Assembly: GCA_005788205.1 (NCBI GenBank)
Contig: SXYT01000076.1
Coordinates: 3,760-67,759, forward strand
From: Actinomycetota bacterium
Lineage (GTDB): Bacteria; Actinomycetota; Acidimicrobiia; Acidimicrobiales; Ilumatobacteraceae
Direction of reading: 5' to 3'
Length of the DNA: 64,000 nucleotides
Below are positions 29,301 to 36,722 of the stretch, piece by piece; position 1 is the stretch's first letter; each line of letters starts with the position of its first letter. Position numbers and translations under genes: made by a program. The notes beneath the pieces were generated by a model. That model had not been told where the DNA came from. It made no database searches and worked only from the letters and a program-made list of their open reading frames with translations.

Positions 29301-29857
29301 ATCCCCTGCGCGGCGTCGAGCAGGTCCTGCGCAGGAAGGTGGACACGTCCATCGCCGAGCTCGACGGCCGCGAGGAAGGGATGGTCACCATCGGTGGTGT
29401 TGTCACCAAGATGTCGCGCCGGTACACGAAGAAGGGTGACCAGATGGCCACGTTCGTCCTCGAGGACCTGGACTCGAGCATCGAGGTCACGGTCTTCACG
29501 CGGACGCTCACCCAGTACGGGCACCTTCTCTCCGATGACGTCATCGTCACCGTGGCCGGCCGTCTCAACCGTTCGGATGAGGCGCGCACCAGTTTCACCG
29601 CCCAGAAGATCGTCGTCATCGATGACATCGGCGGGCGGGTTCCCGAGGTCGTGGTGACCCTGCCGAGCGGCATCACAACGGAGAGCCTCGACGTGCTGCT
29701 CAACATCATCAACGAGTACCCCGGGGATTCGCCCCTGAAGATCAGCCTGTCCTCGGGGCGCAGGTTCAGCACGGGGCCCCGAATGCTGGTGGATGTCGAC
29801 AAGGTTCTCGGCCCCCTCAGGGTGAACTTCGGTGCCGACGCCGTCAAAATCGTCTGA
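26330..29857 (+). CDS. dnaE: DNA polymerase III alpha subunit
   Basis: HLHVHTEYSMLDG PHP domain, GPGRGSAAGS, SMPDIDLDF, GLLKIDFLGL, YAFNKSH, OB fold; AAGGAGG RBS before GTG 26330. Confidence 0.97.
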   Translation: MGSSFTHLHVHTEYSMLDGAARLDELVAKAVSDGQPALGITDHGNMYGIIDFYKECRKQGIKPILGTEAYMAHDHRTERIARRGRLDDNGGSDEGGRKQYYHLTLLAADNTGYKNLIKLSSLAFLEGYHYKPRMDWELLERHASGLIATTGCLGGHVLQSLLNGDEKGAVQKAARLQEIFGKENLFVELQDHGLANQRSTNPKLVEIARRIGAPLLATNDSHYVNQADHEAHDALLCVQTGAFMRDSDRFKFEGTEHYLKTAQEMRHIWREIPEACDNTLLIAERANVDIELGTYRLPVFPLPEGFSSDTAYLEHLTWEGARKRWGDNLPPEVAERVAFELGVISQMGFSSYFLIVWDLIKYAKDSGIRVGPGRGSAAGSAVAYCLRITELDPLRYDLLFERFLNPSRISMPDIDLDFDSRYRDEMIRYAAEKYGRDRVAQIITFATIKSRNAVRDAARVLGFEYGVGDRIAKLMPPLSQGRDTPLQYCFEKHPEHMDGYNAAQELRVMVETDEVAAKVVEVARGLEGLKRSDGIHAAAVVITPEPLMEYLPIQRKPSGDMKAEDAPIVTQYEMHGVEDLGLLKIDFLGLRNLDVITDTVEMVRRRRDPSFDIDCVPLDDAATFDLLSRGDTIGVFQLESPPMRNLLRSMKPTSFEDVSAVLALYRPGPMSANMHYDYADYKNNRKTPEYFHPEAKELLHDTYGLMVYQESMMRVAQKFAGYSLAQADNLRKACGKKDPKVMAAEEEGFVDGCESTGYGRDLGAQLFAVIRKFADYAFNKSHTFGYGLISYQTAYLKAHYPVEYVACLLTSVKGNYDKAAVHLADARNLGITVVNPDINHSESDFVAVTDNAERKIVFGLSAVRNVGEGLVDLVIAERSANGPFASFHDFAARVPDQALNKRAVESLVKSGAFDSVGHPRRGLLMVHEAIIDAAIVAKREHERGVMSLFGELEADGDSGWTDHIAVPAEQFEKIDQLRHEKEMLGLYVSDHPLRGVEQVLRRKVDTSIAELDGREEGMVTIGGVVTKMSRRYTKKGDQMATFVLEDLDSSIEVTVFTRTLTQYGHLLSDDVIVTVAGRLNRSDEARTSFTAQKIVVIDDIGGRVPEVVVTLPSGITTESLDVLLNIINEYPGDSPLKISLSSGRRFSTGPRMLVDVDKVLGPLRVNFGADAVKIV

Positions 29858-29910
29858 TCCCTCCGATTGGGGGCGAAAGCATCCTGAAATGGCAGAATGT
29901 GGGTTCAGAA

Positions 29911-29935
29911 AAACCGGGCCCCGCGGCCCGTTTCA
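29911..29935 (+). terminator. Possible intrinsic terminator/hairpin downstream of dnaE
   Basis: CGGGCC-CCGC-GGCCCG stem-loop flanked by an A-tract and TTTCA; short U-tract. Confidence 0.35.
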
Positions 29936-29956
29936 CCTCGAGGGAGCCTCCACTAG

Positions 29957-30616
29957 ATGTCGTTGGAAGTCGTCACGCAGGACAGCAGTGCCCTCACCGA
30001 GTCACAACTCGAGGAGATGCTCTCTGTCGATGGCGCGTTCGGGGCCGCCAACCTCGCCCGTGCGAAGGACGACTGGGTCCTGTGCACCCTCGCGCGGGTA
30101 GACGGCAAGCTCCACGGCGTGACTTTCTCGACTCTCGAGCGGATCGGCGGGACTCCGTGCGTTCTCATCGGACTCATGACGGTGAAGCGGTCCTCCAAGC
30201 GAGACCAGGTCCTGAAAGGTCTGATGGGGGAGGCGTACCACCGTGCGCTCATGGCCTTCCCGGACGAGGACGTGGTCATCGGTTCGCGTTTTGCGGCTGC
30301 TGACGGGGTCGAGGCGTTCAAGTCCCTGAGCGAGGTGATCCCGCGCACGGGCCACAGGGCGGTGGGCGAGGAGCGCGCGTGGGGCCGGCGGCTCGCCAGG
30401 CGGTTCGGGGTGGATGCCAACTATGACGAGCAGTCCTTCGTCGTCAAGCAGGACGGCCAGTCAGGGTTCATCGATCACGAGTCATCGAAGCCCGACAAGA
30501 TCCCCGCGGACATCGCCGGGCTGTTCAAGGATGTCAACGCAAAGAGGGGCGGGGCGCTCATCGTCCACGGGTGGACGATGGCCGAGAGCCTTGTCAAGCT
30601 CGGCGCCCGTTCGTAG
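29957..30616 (+). CDS. Hypothetical protein, possibly degenerate GNAT fold
   Basis: 219-aa ORF with GAGGGAG RBS and host-like codon usage; fold guess from strand/helix pattern only. Confidence 0.7.
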   Translation: MSLEVVTQDSSALTESQLEEMLSVDGAFGAANLARAKDDWVLCTLARVDGKLHGVTFSTLERIGGTPCVLIGLMTVKRSSKRDQVLKGLMGEAYHRALMAFPDEDVVIGSRFAAADGVEAFKSLSEVIPRTGHRAVGEERAWGRRLARRFGVDANYDEQSFVVKQDGQSGFIDHESSKPDKIPADIAGLFKDVNAKRGGALIVHGWTMAESLVKLGARS

Positions 30617-30619
30617 GGC

Positions 30620-31222
30620 GTGGAATTCTCCGAGGTCGTCCGCACGCGCCGGATGACGCGCGACTTCACGGGCGAACCCGTCGGGCGAGAGGTCATTGAG
30701 AGATGTCTCGATCTCGCGGTCCGCTCGCCGAGTGCGGGAAAGACGCAGGGGTGGCGTGTCGTCGGGCTGCTCGGCAATGACACCGCGGCCTACTGGGATG
30801 CGGCCCTGCCCGCGACCGCACGTGGCTCGTTCGCCTTCCCGGGGCTTCTCCGGGCCGCGTTCGTCGGAGTTGTCACGGTGTCACCCCGTGCGTACGTGGA
30901 GCGGTACGGCGAGCCCGACAAGTCGCGCACCGGGCTGGGCGCGGGTCGCGGGGCGTGGCCGGTGCCGTACTGGACGGTCGACGGGGCGATGGCAACGATG
31001 ACATTCCTCCACGCACTCCACGATGAGGGGCTGGGTGCCCTGTTCTTCGCGGTCGCCCACGAAAACGACGTGCGTGCGGTGCTCGGGATTCCTGACGAGG
31101 CCGAGATCATCGGCGCGGTTGCCGCCGGACAGCCGACGCAGGGTGACGTCCGCAAGGGGGCGAGTGCCTCACGGCGCCGGCGCAGCGGGGCCGACGCCGT
31201 CACCTGGGGGCGCTGGGCCTGA
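30620..31222 (+). CDS. Nitroreductase family protein
   Basis: VVRTRRMTRDF, RSPSAGKTQGW, PVPYWTVDG, EGLGALFF. Confidence 0.88.
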   Translation: MEFSEVVRTRRMTRDFTGEPVGREVIERCLDLAVRSPSAGKTQGWRVVGLLGNDTAAYWDAALPATARGSFAFPGLLRAAFVGVVTVSPRAYVERYGEPDKSRTGLGAGRGAWPVPYWTVDGAMATMTFLHALHDEGLGALFFAVAHENDVRAVLGIPDEAEIIGAVAAGQPTQGDVRKGASASRRRRSGADAVTWGRWA

Positions 31223-33191
31223 GCCGCTCGGCAAGCTCTGCCGGTGTCGAGGCAGGCGCGAGACAGACGAACCCAGAGCACACATAGGCGAGCCCCTCCT
31301 CGCGGCCCTCCCACAACGGGCCCTCCATGGGTGCGCCGTGGGCGACGACCGCGAGCGGCCGCCAGGAAGAGCAGTACTCGCGGAGCATCGCCGGCTGGTT
31401 GCCGGGGATGACCACCTCGGTGGCGCCCGCGTCGCCGAGCTCGAAAGCCCACATCGCGTGGGAGAAGGCTGACGGCGACTGCGGGGCGACCCGTGCGACG
31501 AGTCGCAGGATCGAGTGCGCCCACGCCGCAATGTCCTCGTCACCCGTGAGGGCGGCAAGCCTGAGAAAGGCGAGCGCCGCTGTCGAGTTCGCCGACGGCG
31601 TCGCGTTGTCCATCAGGTCCTTCTGGCGCGCGATCAGCTGCTCGCCCTCATGGGCCGTCGTGAACAGGCCGCCGTTCGTCCCGTCCCAGTGCCCTTCCAC
31701 GAGGCTGCGGGCGGTCTCGACGGCGTGCAGCAGCCACGATTCGTTGCCCGTGAGTTCGTACAGCCGTGTGAAGGCGTCGACGAGGTGGGCAAGGTCGTGG
31801 GCGAGCGCCCTGTGGCGCGCCGGCGGGGCGGCGGTCGCCTGCCAGCTGCGCAGCCAGTTGCCGTCGGAGTCGCGGAGATGATCGAGGAGAAACACACCGT
31901 TCGCGACTGCCGCAGCCTTCCACCGGTCGTTCCCGGCGAGAAGTGCTGCCTCGGCGAGCGTGGCAAGGAACATCGCGTTCCACTCGGTGAGCACCTTGTC
32001 GTCCAGGCCGGGCCGCGGCCGCTCGGAGCGCGCCGCATCGAGCATCCGCCTGCAACGCTCGATCACGTCGGGGCGTCCGATGTCCGGGCGGGCGTGGATG
32101 CGGTTGGGGATCGAACGACCCTCGAAGTTCCCCTCCTCCGTGATGCCCCAGAAGGAGCATGCGGCGTCGGCCCATTCACCGAGGACCTCGCGGACCTCGC
32201 CCGGGGTCCACGTGTAGAACGCACCCTCCTCGCTGTGACCTTGTGCGTCGATTGAGTCTGCGTCCTCCGCGCTGAAGAAGCCGCCCATCGGGTGGCGCAT
32301 GCACGCGAGCACGTAGTCGATCGTCTCGCTCGCGATCTGGAAGTGACGGGCATGCCCGAGGGACTTCCAGGCGTGGACGTATGCGCGCCCGAGGAGGGCC
32401 TGGTCGTACAGCATCTTCTCGAAGTGTGGGACCAGCCACTTCTCGTCCACGCTGTACCTGGAGAACCCACCGCCGATCTGGTCGTACATGCCGCCGCATG
32501 CCATCGCATCGAGGGAGGTGGTCACCATCGAGCGGAGCCTGTCGTCGCCGCCCGCAAGGTGCCTCCGCAGCAGCAGGTCGAGCGAGAACGTGCCGGGGAA
32601 CTTGGGCGCCCCGCCGAACCCGCCCCACCGGCTGTCGAACCGTCCCGTGAGGTCGTCGACCGCCGCAGACACGAGCCCTGCCGGGTCGAACAGGTCCACC
32701 GGCGGCAGTGCGGCGGTGCGCCCGACCACTTCCACGAGGGCATCGATGTTCTGTTGCAGTTCGGCACGCTTGTTCTTCCACGCGTCATCGACAGCTGCGA
32801 GCAGGCGCAGGAAGGACTCGCGCGGGTAGTACGTGCCGCCGAAGAACGGTTCCGCATCGGGGGTGAGAAAGACGGTCATGGGCCAGCCGCCGCGCCCGGT
32901 CATGGCCTGCACGGCGTCCATGTAGACGGAGTCGACGTCGGGGCGCTCCTCGCGGTCCACCTTGATGTTGACGAAGAGCGAGTTCATGACGTCGGCGACC
33001 GTGTCATCCTCGAAACTCTCGTGGGCCATCACATGGCACCAGTGGCATGCGGAATACCCGACGGACAGCAGCACCGGCCGGCCGGACGCCCGTGCCTCCG
33101 CGAATGCCTCGTCGCACCACTCCCACCAGTGGACCGGGTTGTCGCGGTGCTGCTGGAGGTACGGCGATGAGGCCGCACCGAGGCGGTTCAT
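31200..33191 (-). CDS. Thioredoxin-domain protein YyaL/SSP411 (DUF255 plus alpha/alpha barrel)
   Basis: MNRLGAASSPYLQQH, GYSACHWCHVMAHESFED, KVDREERPD, PHFEKMLYDQA; ATGA overlap with fabI. Confidence 0.93.
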   Translation of the reverse strand: MNRLGAASSPYLQQHRDNPVHWWEWCDEAFAEARASGRPVLLSVGYSACHWCHVMAHESFEDDTVADVMNSLFVNIKVDREERPDVDSVYMDAVQAMTGRGGWPMTVFLTPDAEPFFGGTYYPRESFLRLLAAVDDAWKNKRAELQQNIDALVEVVGRTAALPPVDLFDPAGLVSAAVDDLTGRFDSRWGGFGGAPKFPGTFSLDLLLRRHLAGGDDRLRSMVTTSLDAMACGGMYDQIGGGFSRYSVDEKWLVPHFEKMLYDQALLGRAYVHAWKSLGHARHFQIASETIDYVLACMRHPMGGFFSAEDADSIDAQGHSEEGAFYTWTPGEVREVLGEWADAACSFWGITEEGNFEGRSIPNRIHARPDIGRPDVIERCRRMLDAARSERPRPGLDDKVLTEWNAMFLATLAEAALLAGNDRWKAAAVANGVFLLDHLRDSDGNWLRSWQATAAPPARHRALAHDLAHLVDAFTRLYELTGNESWLLHAVETARSLVEGHWDGTNGGLFTTAHEGEQLIARQKDLMDNATPSANSTAALAFLRLAALTGDEDIAAWAHSILRLVARVAPQSPSAFSHAMWAFELGDAGATEVVIPGNQPAMLREYCSSWRPLAVVAHGAPMEGPLWEGREEGLAYVCSGFVCLAPASTPAELAERLRPSAPR

Positions 33192-33955
33192 GCGCCCATC
33201 GCGTGGTACCCGCCGTCGACAAGGATGATCTCTCCGGTCGTGGCGGGGAACCAGTCGGACAGCAGTGCGACTGTCGTGCGGGCGACGGGGGAGGAGTCGT
33301 TCACATCCCAGCCGAGAGGGGCCCTGTCGTCCCACACGTCCTCGAACTTCTTGAATCCGGGGATCGACTTGGCGGCCATGGTGCGGATCGGGCCGGCGGC
33401 CACGAGGTTGCAGCGGATCCCGCGCGGCCCGAGGTCCTTGGCGAGATAACGGTTGGTCGACTCGAGGGCTGCTTTCGCCACGCCCATCCAGTTGTACGCG
33501 GGCCAGGCGACCGAGTTGTCGAAGTCCATCCCGACGACCGTGGACCCCGGTCCCATCAGGGGAAGAAAGGCCTCGGCAAGGGTCTTCAGTGAGTACGCCG
33601 AGATCTGCATCGCGATGGCCACGTCCTGCCACTGCGGGGCCATGAAGTCATCACCCAGACAGATCTCGGGGGCATACCCGATCGAGTGGACGACGCCGTC
33701 GACCCGGCCGAGGCTTGCCCGCACTGACTCGCGCACGGACTCCACGTGCTCGGCCACGGTGACGTCGAACTCGAACACGTCGGCCGGGCTGTCCAGCTTC
33801 CTTGCTGTGCGCTGGGTGAGGGAGAGGGCACGCCCCGCCCCGGTGAGAACGACCTCGGCACCCTCCCGCTGGGCCAGCCTTGCCACGCCGAAGGCGAGCG
33901 AGGCATCCGTCAGCACGCCTGTGACCACGATTTTCTTGCCGTCTAGAAGTCCCAT
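33188..33955 (-). CDS. fabI: Enoyl-ACP reductase FabI (InhA-like)
   Basis: LLDGKKIVVTGVLTDASLAF, ISAYSLK, AWPAYNWMGVAKAALE, NLVAAGPIRT, VDGG. Confidence 0.95.
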   Translation of the reverse strand: MGLLDGKKIVVTGVLTDASLAFGVARLAQREGAEVVLTGAGRALSLTQRTARKLDSPADVFEFDVTVAEHVESVRESVRASLGRVDGVVHSIGYAPEICLGDDFMAPQWQDVAIAMQISAYSLKTLAEAFLPLMGPGSTVVGMDFDNSVAWPAYNWMGVAKAALESTNRYLAKDLGPRGIRCNLVAAGPIRTMAAKSIPGFKKFEDVWDDRAPLGWDVNDSSPVARTTVALLSDWFPATTGEIILVDGGYHAMGA

Positions 33956-34002
33956 GCTCATGACCGTAGTTCGGGAGGGTGCGGTGTGTAAGGCTCTCAC
34001 GG

Positions 34003-34671
34003 ATGCGAATCGGAATACTCGGAGGCACAGGACCCGCCGGCAGCGCACTCGGGGCGCGGCTGGCCTCCATCGGATACGAGGTGGTCATCGGGTCGCGGTC
34101 CCGCTACCGCGCTATGGAGACAGTCGACAGCCTGAGGGCGGCGTGGCCCGCACTCAATCTGTCGGTCTCTGCCGGCGACAACGAAGAGGCCGCATCCTGC
34201 GATGTCGTCGTCCTCGCCACCCCGTGGGACTCCGCGGCCACGACCGCCCAGGACAACATCGAGCACCTGCGGGGAAAGGTCGTCATCAGCATGGCGAACG
34301 CGCTCGTGCGGGTGGGCGGGGAGTTCCAGCCCCTCCTGCCGCCGCGGGGAAGCGTGGCGGCGCACGTTCAGGCAGCAGTGCCGGAATGCCGCGTGGTCGC
34401 GGCATTCCACCATCTCCCGGCGAAGGAGCTCGGTCATCTCGGCGATCCCATCGACAGCGACGTGCTCATCTGCTCCGATGATGCGGAGGCAACCCGCACG
34501 GCAATGGACATCGTGGCGCACATCCCGGGCTGCAGGCCTCTCGATGCGGGGGAGCTGTCCAATGCCACTGCAATCGAGGCGTTCACTGCCGTCCTGCTGC
34601 AGCTGAACGTGCGTTACAAGACTCGGGTCGCCCCGAAACTCACCGGCATCAAGAAGGACCCGCGGGCCTAG
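34003..34671 (+). CDS. npdG: NADPH-dependent F420 reductase
   Basis: MRIGILGGTGPAGSALG, VIGSRS, VAAFHHLPA, LDAGELSNA. Confidence 0.85.
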   Translation: MRIGILGGTGPAGSALGARLASIGYEVVIGSRSRYRAMETVDSLRAAWPALNLSVSAGDNEEAASCDVVVLATPWDSAATTAQDNIEHLRGKVVISMANALVRVGGEFQPLLPPRGSVAAHVQAAVPECRVVAAFHHLPAKELGHLGDPIDSDVLICSDDAEATRTAMDIVAHIPGCRPLDAGELSNATAIEAFTAVLLQLNVRYKTRVAPKLTGIKKDPRA

Positions 34672-34674
34672 ACG

Positions 34675-35832
34675 ATGGCGATGCGCCTGTACGACACCGC
34701 CCAGCGCGCGGTCGTGCCGTTCGAGCCCGGTCCGCTCGTGACCATGTACACGTGCGGCATCACCCCGTACGACGCGACGCATCTCGGCCATGCATCCACG
34801 TTCATCTTCTACGACGTGCTTCAGAGACGGCTGATCGACGCGGGACACGAGGTGCGGTGCGTCCGCAACGTGACCGACGTCGACGACCCGCTCTTCGCGA
34901 AGGCGCGCGAACTGGGGGTCCACTACCTGGACCTCGCTGCAGGCGAGGAGGCCCGCTTCAACCGTGACATGGAGGCTCTCGAGGCCCTCCCGGTGCACAG
35001 CATGCCGAGGGCATCGTCTGCGATCTCCGACATCCGCGGTTTCATCGGGATGGTCCTCGACCGCGGCTATGCCTATGTCGCCGGTGGCTCCGTCTACTTC
35101 GATGTCTCCAGGTCCCCGACCTTCGGCGAGATCTCCCACTACTCGCACGAGCAAATGGTGGAGCTGGCGAGGGAGCGCGGCGGCAACCCGGACGACCCGA
35201 ACAAGCGCAACCCTCTCGACTTCGTGCTGTGGCATCCGTCAGGAGTGGACGAGCCCTCATGGGACACGATGTGGGGTGCGGGCCGGCCGGGCTGGCACAT
35301 CGAGTGCTCCGCGCTCGCACTGCGCGAACTCGGCACCACCATCGACCTGCACGGCGGCGGGACGGACCTCATCTTCCCCCACCACGAGTGCGAGCGGGCC
35401 CAGTCAGAAGCAGCGACCGGCGAGCCCTTCGTGCGCCACTGGATGCACGTGGCGATGGTCCACATGGACGGCCAGAAGATGTCGAAGAGCCTCGGCAACC
35501 TTGTCTTCGTGGACAAGCTCCGCACCGTCTTCGACCCGCGGGCCATCCGGCTCGGGATCATCGAGCATCACTACCGCAACGAGTGGGAGTGGGACGACAC
35601 GCTGATGACCCGCAACCAGGCCCGGCTCGTCTCGTGGCTGGCCGCCCCCGGCGTCCCGCCCCGCGGGACCGAGGACGGGGTGCTCGGCGCGGTGAGGGAC
35701 CGTCTGGATGATGACCTTGACACGCCCGGGGCGCTCGCCGTCATCGACGCTGCCGTCGCCGCAGGGACGTGCGTCACAGCCGCAGCCGGCCTTTTGGGGG
35801 TCAATCTGGGCCGTCCTGTTTCGGCTGTGTGA
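34675..35832 (+). CDS. mshC: CysRS paralogue, probably mycothiol ligase MshC
   Basis: MYTCGITPYDATHLGHA, GRPGWHIECS, DLIFPHHE, KMSKSLGNLV, DDLDTPGAL; only 385 aa with no anticodon-binding domain. Confidence 0.75.
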   Translation: MAMRLYDTAQRAVVPFEPGPLVTMYTCGITPYDATHLGHASTFIFYDVLQRRLIDAGHEVRCVRNVTDVDDPLFAKARELGVHYLDLAAGEEARFNRDMEALEALPVHSMPRASSAISDIRGFIGMVLDRGYAYVAGGSVYFDVSRSPTFGEISHYSHEQMVELARERGGNPDDPNKRNPLDFVLWHPSGVDEPSWDTMWGAGRPGWHIECSALALRELGTTIDLHGGGTDLIFPHHECERAQSEAATGEPFVRHWMHVAMVHMDGQKMSKSLGNLVFVDKLRTVFDPRAIRLGIIEHHYRNEWEWDDTLMTRNQARLVSWLAAPGVPPRGTEDGVLGAVRDRLDDDLDTPGALAVIDAAVAAGTCVTAAAGLLGVNLGRPVSAV

Positions 35833-35913
35833 ATGCAGCGTGCGCAAACTGACGATTTGTGCAAATAGGTCACACCACGGTGAATCACCGCCGGCGACAC
35901 CTATTCTGAGCGC

Positions 35914-36672
35914 GTGTTGGAGAACCCCGAGACACCGAACGCAGCGCAGGCAGGCAAGACGTACGCAGGCGCGGGTGTGGCCCAGCGGCGGTTGCGTCGC
36001 GTTCTCTCGCCCGTGTCCCGTCGGCTCTGGAACCTGACCATCGAGGGTATCGAGAATCTCCCCGCGGAGGGCCCGGCGATCATCTGCCCGAATCACATCA
36101 GTTTCTTCGACTCCGTCTTCGTGATGACGTTCGTCGGCCGCAACATCAGCTTTGTCGGCAAGGCCGAGTACATGGACTCGTGGAAGACGAAGCACCTGTT
36201 CCCCGCGCTCGGCATGATCCCGATCGACAGGGCAGGGGGCGGCAAGAGCGATGCTGCTCTCGATGCGGCCGAGCAGGTGCTGCGACGCGGTGAGTTGTTC
36301 GGGATCTATCCCGAGGGCACGCGAAGCAGGGACGGGATGCTGTACAAGGGCCACACAGGTGCAGCCCGTCTTGCCTTGAAGGTGGGCTGCCCGATCATCC
36401 CTGTCGGCATCATCGGAACGCGCGAGATCCAGCCCCCCGACACCTTCATGCCGAAAATCGGTCTCGAGTGCACGCTGCGGTTCGGTCGCCCAGTCACTGT
36501 CGACCGCTACGAGGACCGGGCGGATGACCACATGGTCTGGCGTGAGATCACCGACGAGGTGATGTTCGAGATCCGCGATCTCACGGGCCAGGAGTACCGC
36601 AACGTGTACGCATCGAAGCGCCCCGAGACGCTGAACGCAGGCACCGCCATGGTGTCGGGAAGCCCGAACTAG
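35914..36672 (+). CDS. plsC: Lysophospholipid (1-acyl-G3P) acyltransferase, PlsC family
   Basis: NHISFFD (HX4D), FVGKAEY, IYPEGTRS. Confidence 0.9.
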   Translation: MLENPETPNAAQAGKTYAGAGVAQRRLRRVLSPVSRRLWNLTIEGIENLPAEGPAIICPNHISFFDSVFVMTFVGRNISFVGKAEYMDSWKTKHLFPALGMIPIDRAGGGKSDAALDAAEQVLRRGELFGIYPEGTRSRDGMLYKGHTGAARLALKVGCPIIPVGIIGTREIQPPDTFMPKIGLECTLRFGRPVTVDRYEDRADDHMVWREITDEVMFEIRDLTGQEYRNVYASKRPETLNAGTAMVSGSPN

Positions 36673-36722
36673 CCCCTAATCAACAGGAGTTGCAGACCGC
36701 GCCTCCGTAGAATGAGCCTTCC

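Noticed and set aside
26330..29857. Intein in DnaE (also checked RuvB and the synthetases)
   Set aside because: Lengths are normal and no splice-junction or LAGLIDADG insert is visible
35857..35875. TGTGCAAATAGGTCACA as a CRP/Rex site
   Set aside because: TGTG-N9-CACA is one base longer than the TGTG-N8-CACA consensus
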